DNA of 63,403 nt, filler included, from Octopus bimaculoides (taxonomy: Eukaryota): NCBI RefSeq assembly GCF_001194135.2. It is 8 parts of 6 records of this genome, joined end to end, with 100 filler letters (N's around TTAATTAATTAA, not from the genome) between each part and the next. Parts side by side here need not be neighbours in the genome. Positions count along the whole stretch, not along the records: positions 61,677 to 63,403 come from NC_068986.1; 7 more parts are not named here. One strand, 5' to 3'. Positions 63,357 to 63,403 of the stretch are shown here, one piece after another; within the stretch, counting starts at the first letter, position 1, and every line of letters begins with the position of its first letter. A program made the translations under genes and the position numbers. The notes beneath the pieces were generated by a model that searched no databases, was not told the origin of the DNA, and saw nothing but the letters and a program-made list of their open reading frames with translations.

Positions 63357-63403
63357 AGTGGATTAGTGGAGGGAAGGTACGACGACGATCTCGGGGCGAA
63401 CCT

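Overview
This is eukaryotic, AT-rich, microsatellite- and transposon-dense DNA. The SINE, LINE and microsatellite content looks like an Octopus genome, but that species call is an inference. The assembly is gappy, with seven artificial N44-TTAATTAATTAA-N44 scaffold linkers. The only well-supported genes are two tandem, minus-strand, intronless paralogs of CFAP57/WDR65 (N-terminal WD40 repeats plus a long C-terminal coiled coil): copy B at 18542-21907 is complete (1121 aa), and copy A at 11337->14425 runs open into an N gap. The pair is a sharp mosaic: a ~1 kb WD40 core is near-identical at DNA level while the coiled-coil tails are highly diverged. Copy B ends in a 99-bp triplication punctuated by in-frame stops, and a 42-nt exon-like unit with a consensus CAG|GTAAGT donor ends 23 nt before its ATG. 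The rest is TE debris: R4/Dong-type RLE LINEs sitting in (TAA)n and (CATA)n tracts, CR1/L2, RTE, Tx1, a Penelope-like RT, a Gypsy pol remnant, mariner, MULE and hAT MITEs, foldback elements and tRNA-derived SINEs. There are also variant minimal hammerhead-like motifs and a few weak orphan exon candidates, one with a beta-gamma-crystallin Greek-key signature. No CRISPR array, rRNA or genuine tRNA gene was seen. All identities are by-eye estimates and no database search was run.
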